A stretch of DNA of 64,000 bases, taken from positions 5,923,344 through 5,987,343 of the forward strand of contig NC_057749.1 of the NCBI RefSeq assembly GCF_004010195.1, in the 5' to 3' direction. Under the pieces are notes generated by a model. It had not been told where the DNA came from. It did no database searches and saw only the letters and a program-made list of their open reading frames with translations. Positions within the stretch are counted from its first letter, which is position 1; every line of letters begins with the position of its first letter. This DNA is from Chiloscyllium plagiosum. Its lineage: Eukaryota. Positions 24,338-36,387 of this stretch are shown in pieces. The position numbers and the translations under genes were made by a program.

Positions 24338-25306
24338 ATTGGCAACATTGTCAGCAGACCACCCTGATGTCTTTGGGGTTAGCTGCATTATCTCAAGGAA
24401 AGGGGGCCTGGTCTCTGGTATTGGCATTATATGTCATGCAGGAAGTCAACTTTATCTGGGACACTGTAAACGTGGCACAACACGAGGGAGCTTCCAAGGT
24501 TTGAAGATAATGCACTGGTGTCTTGGGTGAAAGAGAATTGAAAGTAGATTGTTTTGTCCGCATGCGGTCTTTTCCAGGCAAGCAGCCAAAAGGCAAATGG
24601 AGGAGATAGCCATTGAGGTTAATGCCAGGGGTCAAGGCCTTTGTACCTGGATGTAGTGGCGCAAAGGTCATTTGATGTCCTATCATACTTGGTCATGGTC
24701 ATTGGACTCATCTTCAAATTTCATGTCCTACCAATGGCTTCATTGGCATAACAGATTCTCTGAACCTCCATCAGTCACTTGTCAACAATCTCTACCAATC
24801 TGGACTCAAGCCACTGCATGCCTTCTGTGCTTCACACTGTGGTAAACCTTGGAACTTTCACACCCTGGCTATTCAACTAAGACAGGCATGTCACCCAAAC
24901 ACATTCTATAATGCACATTCATACATTTCCAATTTTTTTAGAGGACAAGGCATCACGCAGTGGGAGGTGGGAGAAGCTTCCCAGATTGGGTACAAGTTTA
25001 TGGGTGACCAAACCCTGATGAAAGAGGCAGGGCCAGGCATTACTTTGTCGGTGAGGCCAAATCGATTGAAGGTGATGGCATCCGCACCTCAAGCTTAATG
25101 CTCCTTGGAGAGTATGCCTACTTTGTACCAGAATTTCTTCTGACTTCAAATGTTTCAGCACGGGCCATTTACATTCTCCCTAACTCCCTGCATCCCCTCA
25201 GAAGGAATCTGTCCAAGAAGGTCAACCTGGACGGGCAGTAGAGGAGTGGCAAAAAGAAGAAGAATGATCAAGAAGCTTAATTGTTCAAGCACAGACTGTA
25301 TGTGCG

Positions 25307-25791
25307 TGTGGATGTAAGTTTGCTCACTGAGCTGGAAGATTTGCTTTCAGATGTTTCACAACCATGCTAGGCAACATCATCAGTGAGCCTCTGGTGAAGC
25401 ACTGGTGGTATGGGCCCGCCTTTTATTTATGTGTTTAGGTTGCCTTGGGTTGATGACATCATTTCCTGTAGTGATGCCATTTCCTGCGGCGATGTCACTT
25501 CCGGTTATTTTTCTCAGGGGGTGGTAAATGGGATCCAAGTTAATCTGGCTGTTGACAGAGTTCTGGTTGAAATGCCACACTTCTAGGAATTTTTGTGGGT
25601 GTCTCTGTTGGGTTTGGCCTAGGATGGATGTGTTGACCCAGGTGAAGTGGTGTCCATCCTCATCTGTATGTAAGGATCCTAGTGAGAAAGGATTATGAAT
25701 TTTTGTGGCGAGTTGATGTTCATGTATCCTGGTGGCTAGTTTTCTGCCTGTTTGTCCAATGTAGTGTTTGTTATAGTTCTCATAAAACTGT
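25307..25791 (-). mobile_element. Penelope-like retroelement 3' end: GIY-YIG endonuclease remnant plus terminal repeat with hammerhead core
   Basis: Minus translation KHYIGQTGRKLATRIHEH...ILG...FLEVWH...N; downstream tca-CTGATGA...GAAACATC-tga (25347-25386); flanks ctgtatgtgYg at 25296 and 25792. Confidence 0.88.
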
Positions 25792-26030
25792 CTGTATGTG
25801 TGCATGTCTGTATATGTGTTTGTCTCTGTGTGTGATGTGAATGTGTTTGTGTGTGTGTATGTGTGTGTGTCTCTGCATGTGATATGAATATGTCTGAGTG
25901 TGCCTGTATGTGTGTGTCTCTGCGTGTGATGTGAATGTGTCTGTGTGTGAGCGTGTCTGTGTGTGATATGAATGTGTGTGTGTGCGTGTGTCTCTGCATG
26001 TGACGTGAATGTGAGAGTGTGTGTGTGGGC
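25792..26030. repeat. Degenerate (TG)n microsatellite
   Basis: TG-rich low complexity; explains the His/Thr-rich ORFs. Confidence 0.9.
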
Positions 26031-26839
26031 TGTGATACAAGGCTGATCTGCAACCACAGCAGAAAGGCAAGGTCAGTGCAGGTTCCAATTTGGAGGAAAT
26101 TTCATGCCTCCTCTGCTGCAGTGGACTCGGGTAAAAACTTCGACTGGGTTGACTACAAGTGAAGATTGACAGGCTCAAACACTGGAATGTTTGGGCACTG
26201 GAAAACCTGTCAGAAAGTCTGTTGGTTTCTGATGAGAGAGCATATACTGTGACCAGCCTCTCTTTGAGCAGAGATTCTCAGTGATCTTCCTTGTACAAGA
26301 GAGGACAGTGGACTGCGATGCGTGAAATCTCCATCTCTAGCATAGTCAGAGCTAGAAATAAGAAAGGTCATTTTGAATGCTTAACTTCATTGCTTGAATG
26401 CTCTGAGCTTACAGTCATGGCTGCTCCAGGTGATAGAGTTCAATGAAGACTGAAACGTAGATGCCCTGATGCAGTCTTCCTGGCTGTTCCCTGAATGTTC
26501 TGGGCATATCGAGCCTCCTACTGTGGTGCAGGCTCGAAGGGCTGAATGGTGCATCAGTTTTCTATGTTGACAGAGTGTCCATCTGCACGGTTCCTTCCCC
26601 TCCCTGTCACAGCCACTTATCCTACTTTGCATTTCACGGCGAAGACCTGCACATTTGCCCAGATCTGGGTTCAGAGATCTGTGCAGAGGACTTGAAATCA
26701 GGTGAAATGTTTCCCATCTGTCTCATCTGGGCATTTACAGGTTGAAAGAACTGCAGAAAGCTCCAAGTGTGTGTGGAAAATCTCACCCACGCCAACCTGC
26801 AACGAACCCATATGGAATTGACAATCACGTTACATCCAA

Positions 26840-27195
26840 CTTATAGAGGTCTATAAAATCACGAGGGGAGTAAATAAGGAGAATAGCCAAGGTCTTTTCC
26901 CCAGGGTGGGGGAGTCCAAAACTAGAGATACATAGCTTAAAGATGAGAGGGGAAAGATTTAAATAGGGGCTAAGGGGCAACTTTTTCACAGAGGGGTTAG
27001 TGTGTAAATGGAATGAGCTACCAGAGGAAGTGATAGAGGCTAGTACAATTATAACATTTAAAAAATACATTTGGACAGGTACATGGGTAAGAAAGGGATA
27101 TGGGCCAAGAACACCAAATGAGACTAGTTCAGTTTGGTCAAAGTTGGTTTCCATGGATGAGTTAGACCTTGCTGTTTGATTCTATTACTCTATGA
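26840..27195 (+). mobile_element. CR1 LINE 3' end
   Basis: cttatagaggtctataaaatc...ctctatgact. Confidence 0.88.
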
Positions 27196-27377
27196 CTTAG
27201 CAAGCAAACCTTGGGTTTGCTTCCTCTCTGGTTCAATTAATTCAATTAATTCTGAGGTAATTAACAAGACCAATGCAAACTATACTATTCATGGGGCAAG
27301 TAACAACTCTGGTCACTTGATGATTTATGTGCTCCCTCTGATTCTTTGACTTTGCCCGGACTTCTTCCTGAGCAACC

Positions 27378-27425
27378 AGGTGAAAGTGAGGGCTGCAGAT
27401 GCTGGAGGATCAGAGACTCCACTCT
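27378..27425 (-). mobile_element. Tiny PLE family A end fragment
   Basis: ggtgaaagtgagggctgcagatgctgga; flanks ttcctgagcaa at 27365 and 27428. Confidence 0.6.
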
Positions 27426-27472
27426 CATTCCTGAGCAAACCTCTCAAACGGTGCGCAGCCTTCCCGCCTAGC

Positions 27473-27790
27473 TGCCTGAGGAAAGAGCGGGGACTCCGAA
27501 AGCTTGTGGTTTCAAATAAACCCGTTGGATTACAGATATCCCCCGCTATCCCAAAGTAGAGCATTCCTATGAAACCTTTTGTAAGCTGATATGGAGAAAG
27601 AAAAGAAGGATTAATTTATCTGGAAAATTTCGCCTTTTCTCATAAAGGCGAAAATCCTCTTCGGATTTCTTTTGGTCAGTGAAAACAGGTACTAACGTAG
27701 GTCTTTTGTAAAAGCGAAGTGGGGTGAAGCGAACTTTCAAAAAACAGGGGATAACTTTATTACCCAGTGTCGTGTAATTTTTTACTTTTT
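27473..27790 (+). mobile_element. PLE family C arm, split by a MITE
   Basis: CTGAGGA...ctccGAAAGCTT...aaataaacccgttggatTA|MITE|TAttacccagtgtcgtgtaatttt. Confidence 0.6.
27533..27757. mobile_element. Tc1/mariner (Tigger/pogo-like) MITE
   Basis: TA-CAGATATCCCCCGC...CAGGGGATAACTT-TA imperfect terminal inverted repeats with TA duplication. Confidence 0.65.
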
Positions 27791-28770
27791 CCTGACTGAG
27801 GCCTCTCCACGCAGATCAGTCACGCTAAAGCCAGGGGCTCCCCTGAATCTAGCAGGATGGGCCTTTCTCCAACTGAATCACCATGAGGGAGGAAGAGAGA
27901 CAGGGTGGTGGGCCCCACATTGTCAGAGGCTGGCACTGATTCGCTGTGCAAGCTGCCTGGTCTTTGGGTAGATGTTACCGATCCCTGGCTAGTGGCTTTG
28001 CTGTTGTCGTTTTCTGCATTTGGAGCAGCTGCAGTTCCAAAGCAGCACCCCTAGCACCTCTGGGTGTCAATGAATGACTGAATTTCGCATGAATGGCCCT
28101 GCATTACTCTACGCGGCAATGTCAGAATGGATTTGCTGGTTAGTATCTTCCAGAAACGGAGCCTCTTTCAAAGGTTTCCACTTTTTCTCATTCACACTGA
28201 TGGCCATTATGACACTGACCAGGCTGCTTGATAACCAGCTTGTTACACGTTCCTCTGCTCCAGCAGCCCTCATACATTTCTCTGGTACCTCTGCCAGAAT
28301 CCTGATAAGCACAGGAATTAAGTGGAAGAGATAATGGCCACTGACAGGCTGCCATTTTACAATAAGCACCTTCTGTGGATGCACTGGACACTTTTTTGTA
28401 GCACTCACTCAATCAATCCTTCACCCTTATCTAAACATCTAAACATCTTCAAGGTGTTAGAGCTTCCAAGAACACAATGTGTATGTATAACAGTAACACT
28501 TTCTGGACAGGGCTTTTGAACCAAACATTATCAGACAGCGATGTGATTGGTGGACGTTTTATTTTCTCGCAGAGTCAGCTTAACTCGTGTCATCGTATGC
28601 ACTATTTAACCTCTCGCACCCCTAAAAAGGAACTGTTTATTTGAACCAGAAGCTTGTGGGTAGAAGCCTAGCGATCTGAGCACTACTTCCAGATGACGTT
28701 GCTCTGAAATGCTGAGGCAGTGTTACGCTGATGGAGATATCGCCTTATGCATGAGCTGTTAAGTGATCTT

Positions 28771-29116
28771 AGGTAAAAACAAGGACTCTGCTGGAAACCA
28801 GAGTCTAGATTAAAGTGGTGCTGGAAAAGCACAGCAGGTCAGGCAGCATCCGCGGAGCAGGAAAATCGACATTTCGGGCAAAAGCCCTTCATCAGGAATA
28901 GAGGCAGGGTGCCTGCAGAGTGGAGAGATAAATGAGAGGGGGGTGGAAGTGGGGAGAAAGTAGTATAGAGTACAATAGGTGAATGGCGGGGGGGCAAATG
29001 AAGGTGATAGGTCAGAGAGGAGGGTGGGGGAAGGTAGCAAAGAGTACAATGGGTAAATGGGGGTGGGGATAAAGGTCAGAGAGGAGGGTGGAGTGCATAG
29101 GTGGGAAGGAAGTTCC
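28771..29116 (-). mobile_element. PLE family A, longer non-palindromic terminal repeat
   Basis: Minus ttc-CTGATGA-A-GGGC TTTT GCCC-GAAATGTC with pyrimidine-rich upstream sequence; TSD ctgttaRgtgatctt 28756-28770 / 29117-29131. Confidence 0.85.
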
Positions 29117-29276
29117 CTGTTAGGTGATCTTGCCCACTTAGATTCCATGCTGCCAGTTAATTTTTACTCTTTGGCCAACTTCACGAGTAAACAAATAATT
29201 TGGATTTTTTTCATATTGCTCTTTATGGGAGCTTGCTGTGCATGATTTAGCTGCCATGTTTTGCCCATTATACCTT

Positions 29277-29670
29277 TGAGTATGGGAGTTGGGACATCAC
29301 GTTGAGGTTGTACAGGTCATTGGAGAGACCTCTTTTGGAGTACTGTGTCCAGTTCTGGTCAGGTGTTCAGAAGAGATTTACCAGGATGTTGCCAGGTATG
29401 GAAGTTATAAGGAAAGGCTGGGACGTTTTCAATGGAATTTAGGGGGTTGAAGGCTGACCTTATAGAGTTTTGTAAAATCATGAGGGGTATAGATAAGGTG
29501 AATCACAGGTGTCTTTTCCTAAGGGTAGAGGATTTCAAGACTACGGGGCCATTTTTAAGGTGAATGGAGAAAGATTTAAGAAGGACATGAGGGGCAAGTT
29601 TCTGACACAGAGTGTGTTTTGTGTGGGAATGAATTGCCAGAGGAAGTGGTGAATGCAGGTATAGTTGCAA
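29277..29670 (+). mobile_element. CR1 LINE fragment
   Basis: Degenerate ORF2 C-terminus, joined at gcaacat to the next CR1. Confidence 0.8.
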
Positions 29671-31190
29671 CATCAGTATTTGCTGTGGAAAAGGATATGG
29701 AAAATATAGACTGTAGGGAAATAGATGGTGACATCTTGCAAAATGTCCAGATTACAGAGGAGGAAGTGCTGGAGGTCTTGAAATGGTTAAAAGTGGATAA
29801 ATTGCCAGGACCTGATCAGGTGTAACATGGAACTCTGTGGGAAGCTAGAAAAGTGATTGCTGGGCCTCTTGCTGAGACATTTGTACCATTGATAGTCACA
29901 GGTGAGGTGCCGGAAGACTGGAGGTTGGCAAACGTTGTGCCGCTGTTTAAGGAGGGCGGTAAAGACAAGCCAGGGAACTATAGACCAGTGAGCTGACCTC
30001 AGTGGTGGGCAAGTTGTTGGAGGGAATCCTGAGGGACAGGATGTACATGTATTTGGAAAAGCAAGGACTGATTCGGGATAGTCAGCATGGCTTTGTGTGT
30101 GGGAAATCATGTCTCACAAACTTGATTGAGTTTTTTGAAGAAGTAACAAATAAGATTGATGAGGGCAGAGCAGTAGATGTGACCTATATGGACTTCAGTA
30201 AGGCATTCGACAAGGTTCCCCATGGGAGACTGATTAGCAAGGTTAGATCTCATGGAATACAGGGAGAACTAGCCATTTGGACAGAACTGGCTCAAAGGTA
30301 GAAGACAGAGGATGGTGGTGGAAGGTTGTTTTTCAGACTGGAGGCCTGTGACTAGTCGGGTGGCACAAGGATCGGTGCTGAGCCCTCGCATTTGTCATTT
30401 TGTCATTTACATGAATGATTTGGATGTGAGCATAAGAGTTACAGTTAGTAAGTTTGCAGATGACACCAAAATTGGAGGTGTAGTGGACAGCGAAGAGGGT
30501 TACCTCAGATTACAACAGGATCTTGATCAGATGGGCCAGTGGGCTGAGAAGTGGCAGATGGAATNNNNNNNNNNNNNNNNNNNNNNNNNNNNNNNNNNNN
30601 NNNNNNNNNNNNNNNNNNNNNNNNNNNNNNNNNNNNNNNNNNNNNNNNNNNNNNNNNNNNNNNNNNNNNNNNNNNNNNNNNNNNNNNNNNNNNNNNNNNN
30701 NNNNNNNNNNNNNNNNNNNNNNNNNNNNNNNNNNNNNNNNNNNNNNNNNNNNNNNNNNNNNNNNNNNNNNNNNNNNNNNNNNNNNNNNNNNNNNNNNNNN
30801 NNNNNNNNNNNNNNNNNNNNNNNNNNNNNNNNNNNNNNNNNNNNNNNNNNNNNNNNNNNNNNNNNNNNNNNNNNNNNNNNNNNNNNNNNNNNNNNNNNNN
30901 NNNNNNNNNNNNNNNNNNNNNNNNNNNNNNNNNNNNNNNNNNNNNNNNNNNNNNNNNNNNNNNNNNNNNNNNNNNNNNNNNNNNNNNNNNNNNNNNAATG
31001 AGCTGCTAGAGGAAGTGGTGGAGGCTGGTACAATTGCAACATTTAAGAGGCATTTGGAAGTGTATATGAATAGGAAGGGTTTGGAGGGATATGGGCCGGG
31101 TGCTGGCAGGTGGGACTAGATTGGGTTGGGGTATCTGGTCGGCATGGACGGGTTGGACCGAAGCATCTGTTTCCATGCTGTATGACTCTG
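29671..31190 (+). mobile_element. CR1 LINE reverse transcriptase region spanning the gap
   Basis: QHGFVCGKSCLTNL, DFSKAFDKVPH, KFADD; 3' end follows the gap. Confidence 0.93.
30565..30996. other. Assembly gap (432 N)
   Basis: Run of N within a CR1 copy. Confidence 1.
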
Positions 31191-31795
31191 TTACAGCAAT
31201 GACTGCATTTCAAGAAGTAATCCATTGGCATTAAAGCCTATTAGGCTGTCCTGAGGACATCAAAGGCACAACATAGATACAACTCTTTCTCTTTTCTTTT
31301 TATTTCACTAAACTTACTTTGATTGTGTATTATACAATACAGCTGGAAGATTTCTGGCAGGTATTACTAATTTCAGAGTAGAAGGTTAATATCTCATGAT
31401 GTCCTTTTTCATTGTAGTGATTAAGGATCAGAAATGACTTCTACAATGTGCTTTTTTTTTTGCAATTGCTTTAGTTTTCAGCATCTTTCTGAAGTCCAAG
31501 CGCTTGAAGTCAGTTAGAAAGAGGTTTGAAAGTGACAGCAAGGATTGTAAACCCAGTTTGTTCAGGAGCTAATATGACTTAGCAAAGGCAGTTGTGATGG
31601 ATGAGTGTGCCAGACTACAGACTGCAGAGTCTTTGGCAAGTGAAGCTTTCCTGAACCGGGATATGGTGGCAAAAGTAATTAATCGTGAGGTAACAATTCC
31701 ATGACCCAAGTACATAGCTTCATAGAAGGACAAAGCCATCAGGTACAGGGGATGTTCTTGTGAAGTGCAGATACCTTTTGAATTGGGCATACACA

Positions 31796-31865
31796 GAATC
31801 CCTATAGTGTGGAAGCAGGCCTTGGCACTGTGAGACAGCAGTGCTAACCACCGAGCCACTGTGCT
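31796..31865 (-). mobile_element. Internally deleted HE1-like SINE
   Basis: Tail agaatccctatagtgtggaagcaggcc fused to head ctgtgagacagcagtgctaaccaccgagccac. Confidence 0.65.
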
Positions 31866-32212
31866 GCTCTGAGTCTTTGAGTTTCATCTCCAAGTCACTT
31901 GGTAGATTTTGGGAAGATTCACAGCTTTGTATGACTGACCTGGGAGCAAGTGGCTCCAGAGACACAACCATCTTTCCCGGGAATGGTTGTGGGATGCAGT
32001 CATGCCAGTCAACAGAAAGTTCCAAAGCAGCCACAGAGGCAGTCAGGTATAAAGCTAGACTACCTAAAACGCTTAATGCAATGCTGTGGAACTTCATGTC
32101 CCACACCCCTCACATTCTCTCATTAGCTCACATGCTCCTTATCCATGTCACACTCTGACAATTCCATGACCATGCCAAGATGATGTAAAAAGGTTTAGTT
32201 GAGAGACCAGTC

Positions 32213-32445
32213 TATAACTCCATGAAGGCTGGTGTCCCATCATCAAGTCATCCTTTATTTACACGTGCATAGTACATGACACTGACCCAGCTAGCTCTGA
32301 GCCAGCTCCTAGTATGAGCAGAACCCCTGACACTCCTGTTTATCTCTGTCAGCCAGGGCTCCCTGATTGGATCAGGTAGACAGCTCCAATCAGGGAACTC
32401 ATATTCTATGAGATCTACCTGACTGACCTCATTCCAATCACTACA
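32213..32445 (-). mobile_element. Solo-LTR-like element (family L1)
   Basis: Reverse homolog of 19766-19962 and 57190-57525; begins TGTAGTG on the minus strand. Confidence 0.6.
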
Positions 32446-32684
32446 GCCTAAAGACTGGACTCTTGAAGCACCTGAGCATGATTCACAGACAGTTCTGGTT
32501 CATCTGTCAATTGCACAATGTTTATTTCCTCAAGTTATATATCTTGCAGGTACTTGACATTTCTATTATTGAGACTTAAACTGTCCTGATGACTGACAAT
32601 GCAGTAAAAGGATTATTTTTTAAGAGAGTGGAAAATACTGAATGAATTAATGATTATTTATTTGAATTCTCTTTGGTCTTTGTT

Positions 32685-33040
32685 TAATTCATTCATGGAA
32701 TGAAGGCATTGCTGGCTAGGACAGCATTTATTGCCCATTCTTAATTGCCATGGATAAGATGGTGATGAGCTGTGTTCTTGAACCATTGCAGCCCATGGGG
32801 TGTAGGGACATCCAATGGTGTTCTCAGATATTGTCCCAGTGGCTGTAAAGGAGCATGATAGTATTTATAGTCAGATTGGGGTGTGGCCTGGAGGGGAAAG
32901 TACTGGTGGTGATGTTCCCATCCACCCACTGCCCTTGCCCTTCTGGCTGGTGGTGTTTGTGAGTTTGGAAAGTGCTGGGTTACTGCAGTGCATCTTGTGG
33001 ACAATGCACAGTGCAGCCAATGTGGGTCAGTGGTGAAGAG
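32685..33040 (-). mobile_element. Old LINE 3' region
   Basis: attcatgg...cagcatttattgccca...gtgcatcttgtggacaatgcaca, as at 21050. Confidence 0.7.
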
Positions 33041-33664
33041 AGTGAAAGAGGAAAGAGGTGAGTGTGGTTCCTCTAATGTTAATCCGAAATCCTCAGGAAT
33101 GGAGTCAGGAATGCTGGAATAAGGGCCTGTCTGCCATTCTAACCATGTATTAATTTGGTATTTAATTGTACTCTGGTGCATCCTATATTCATCACCTATG
33201 CTCTAACATTAGGGGCAGTTGAACTTGTTGGGTTTGGAGATGTATAACACGATTGGAGATATATGATAATAATCGCTGCATAAATAAATCTTGTATATAG
33301 ACCACTTTCCGGTTAAATACTCTCCAGTTTCCTGAACTGAAATAAGTATTGATGTTTCTTCAGTGTCACTAAATAAAATCCTCAACCTCACTTTATTGAA
33401 AAGGATTGTTAAAGTTCCTTTACCTCAGGGAATGCAGTGGAAAAACAACCTTCACCTTCTCATGGATGGATAGAGAAAAGCAATGTATCATTTTCACTAA
33501 ATCTATAAAATGAATTTTTTAAGAAATTTAAGTCAGAGTTAATGTAGGACTAGATTGAGGCAGGTGGGAATATTGCATCCATGATTTTGCTCAGAATAAT
33601 GCAGATGGCACTAGTTTCTAAGTTTTTTTTTAACAGGTTTTACTTACAGGAGGTTGAAAGCATG

Positions 33665-34005
33665 GAATCCCCATTGTGTGGAAACAGACCGTTCAACCCA
33701 TTGAATCCATACCGACCCACCAAAGAGCATCCCACCCAGACCCACCTCCCAACCCTATTGCTGCATTTTCGCATGGCTAACCCACCTCGTCTGCACACCC
33801 TTAGACACTATGGACAATTTAGCATGGCCAATCCACCTAACTTGCACATCTTTGAATTGTGGGTGGAAACCGGAGCACCCAGAGGAAACCCACGCAGACA
33901 CGGGGAGAACCTGTAAACTTCACACAGTCAGTCACCTGAAGGTTGAATCGAACCCAGGTCCCCAGAGCTGTGAGGCAGCAGTGCTAACCGCTGAGCCACT
34001 GTGCT
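33665..34005 (-). mobile_element. HE1-like V-SINE
   Basis: Tail, core and head all present. Confidence 0.9.
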
Positions 34006-34204
34006 AATTTCTGTATTGTTGCAATCATAAAATATCTGCAATGCTCTTCAGGTCTAGCTTCCAGAAACTTCTGTGGTGTTGGTATTCTTTAGCTGTGAGT
34101 CAATGCCCAGGCCAAACCAGTCAAGCACAGTTGTCATGGATCAGTTTCTGGAATAACGTAGTCTAACTCAGAACTACTGAGCCATTCAACACCACATGAC
34201 CCTT

Positions 34205-34420
34205 TGGGTGCTTGGCTACCCAGTATGCCTGGACGGTTTGTGACAAATGTGATATCAACAGCGTGGGTTCAGTTCTGGCACCAACTGTGGGCACCATGAA
34301 GGTCCCACCTTCCCAACCTTACCCTGTCACCTGGGGTATGGTGACTCTCAGGTTAAACTCAGCTGTCGTCCTCCCCTTCTAACAAGAGAGCAGCTCTAGG
34401 GCACGACAGCAACTTTATTT
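34205..34420 (+). mobile_element. tRNA-derived SINE (family C; second copy 49118-49320)
   Basis: Shared cacctg(g/a)gg(t/c)atggtga...gttaaac...ctaa...gagag and tRNA-like head. Confidence 0.55.
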
Positions 34421-34467
34421 GCTGCCCTGAATTTGGAGGTTTGAAGCTTGGTGGTGGTGGAACAAGT

Positions 34468-34660
34468 TGAGAGTGTGTTGCTGGAAAAGCGCAGTAGGTC
34501 AGGCAGCATCCGAGGACCAGGAGAATGAAAGGTTCCTGAAGAAGGGCTTCGGCCTGAAATGTTGATTCTCCTGCTCCTCAGATGTTGCCTGACCTGCTGT
34601 GCTTTTCCAGCAACACACTCTCAACTCTGTTCTCCAGCATCTGCAGACCTCGCTGTCTCC
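34468..34660. mobile_element. PLE family A palindromic element
   Basis: Inverted arms; CTGAAGA-AGGGC TTCG GCCT-GAAATGTT; flanks ggaacaagt on both sides. Confidence 0.82.
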
Positions 34661-34801
34661 TCGGTGTCGGAACAAGTGTCAACATTTTATCCGATTTGAT
34701 TTTGTCTGTTTGTGGCTGAGCAAGGCTAATAGAGTTATGTGTAGCTTTGATAGACCACCAAAAAGAAAAATAATGTTACCTGCCCAATACATGATTCTAC
34801 G

Positions 34802-34884
34802 CCTGAGGAAGGAGCTGAGCTCTGAAGGTTTGCAATTTCAAATAAACCTGTTGGACTATAACCTGGTGCTGTTTGATTTTTGAC
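34802..34884 (+). mobile_element. PLE family C arm (degenerate)
   Basis: cctgaggaaggagc...aataaacctgttggactataacctggtg. Confidence 0.65.
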
Positions 34885-35478
34885 AAATGCAGTGAGTCAT
34901 CTCCAGTATTCCAAAGGCAGTTGCAGACTCGAAAGAGACGGAGGTGAGCCAGTGTCAGTTTCCATCAGCGTGAATGTGCAAGTTGACCGTATACACGGAG
35001 ATGATTTCCCTGAGAGACAGAGATCAGGTCCGAAAGCAGAGAAGGCCAGAACAGGCCATTGGGTAATTATAATGGTCATCGTACAGAGATGGAAACAAAA
35101 GCCATTAATGAATGAACACTGATATTTATAAACTGGTACGGTAAAGAATTTCGAGCAAAGTTGTGTGTGACAAATATTGCAATGTGGAATTTTAATTTGG
35201 GGGGATATCTGCCACATTTCCACGACTTGATTCAACACTCCCTCAAAGAATCTTCCTTCACAACAAAAAGCATCCTTTGGCTAATGTCGGCATATATCCA
35301 AAAGCAATTATCTTGTTGATACGCTCTCATGGGGGACCAGGCTTGAAATCAAGGCCACTAAACCTGAAATTGTCACAAATGGTAAAGATTTTATAAAAGT
35401 AAGCAAAATTTCCCAATTTACCTGTCTTTGAGACCCAGGTTGTTTATTTATGCACAGATTTGATTCTCGCTACAGATA

Positions 35479-35697
35479 CAGTCAGTTCTTCTATAATGCA
35501 ATGTTTGTATTGTTGTGTAACCCCGCATTATAGAAAAATCGCACTTCAGAAACAGTGTTTAAAGTGTTGGCGATGTAATTGCATTACAGCCAACACATGT
35601 TTTAAAAGTTTGCACTGAAGAAACAGTGTTGCTAATTGATCAATTGTGTTATGGCATGTTCATGTTGACAAAATGCATGTTATAGCAGAACAACTTG
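35479..35697. mobile_element. Tc1/mariner-type MITE (family M1)
   Basis: TA-CAGTCAGTTCTTCTATAA...TTATAGCAGAACAACTTG-TA. Confidence 0.8.
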
Positions 35698-35777
35698 TAA
35701 ACTATTATAAACCTTTTCATATAGCTCTATTAGTTAAACTTTGAACACACTAATGGAACTCTGCCTAAACACACATA

Positions 35778-35983
35778 CAGATCGTTCTTCTGTAATGTGA
35801 TGGTTGTATTCTTGTGCAACCCTGCATTATAGAAAAATCACAGGTCTCAAAGTGTTGATGACGTAATTGTGTTACTGCCAACTATGTTTTAAAAGTTTGC
35901 GCTTTAGAAACAGTGTCCCCAATTTGTCAATTGCGATACAGCAAGTTTGTGTTAACAGAACAACATTATAGCCGAGCGACATG
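35778..35983. mobile_element. Tc1/mariner-type MITE (family M1)
   Basis: TA-CAGATCGTTCTTCTG...GAGCGACATG-TA, homologous to 35479. Confidence 0.78.
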
Positions 35984-36174
35984 TACAGTCAGACTGTATT
36001 TTAAAAAAAAAATTGGTGTTGTGGGTAGAGGAAAGACTGGGAAGGCGGTTCAATGATTCCTGTCCACAGGAGTTTCCAGGGATGATCCAGCTATTAGTTC
36101 ACACTTACAATGTCTCTGATTTATTGGTTAAAAACTATAGCTTGCAGCAACTGATGAAAGGAATTTTTTAAAAA

Positions 36175-36350
36175 ATAACACAAAGAACTACAGATGCCGG
36201 TAATCTGAAACCAAAACAGAAATTGCTGGAGAAACCCAGCAGCTCTGGCAGCATCTGTGGAAAGACAACAGGGTTAATATTCTGAACAAGGGTCACTAGA
36301 CCCGAAACCAACACAGATACTGCCAGACCTGCTGATTTCTGTTTTTTTGT
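36175..36350. mobile_element. Old PLE family D element
   Basis: Inverted arms; degenerate core CTGAACA-A-GGGTC ACTA GACCC-GAAAC. Confidence 0.7.
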
Positions 36351-36387
36351 GTGGTTGAGGGGAAATGCTGGCTTCTTTCAGGCTGAT

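Noticed and set aside
24339..25300. Possible Harbinger/PIF transposase remnant
   Set aside because: Only a vague LKIMHWCL resemblance; no DDE motifs recoverable by eye.
25736..26178. His/Thr-rich ORFs
   Set aside because: Translation of the CA/TG microsatellite; only the GIY-YIG part below about 25790 is meaningful.
30312..31119. Long ORFs across the N run
   Set aside because: Open only because of the gap; the flanks are CR1.
34955..35009. Minus-strand acceptor ctgtctctcag followed by EIISVYTVNLHIHADGN*
   Set aside because: No recognisable homology and no supporting upstream exons.
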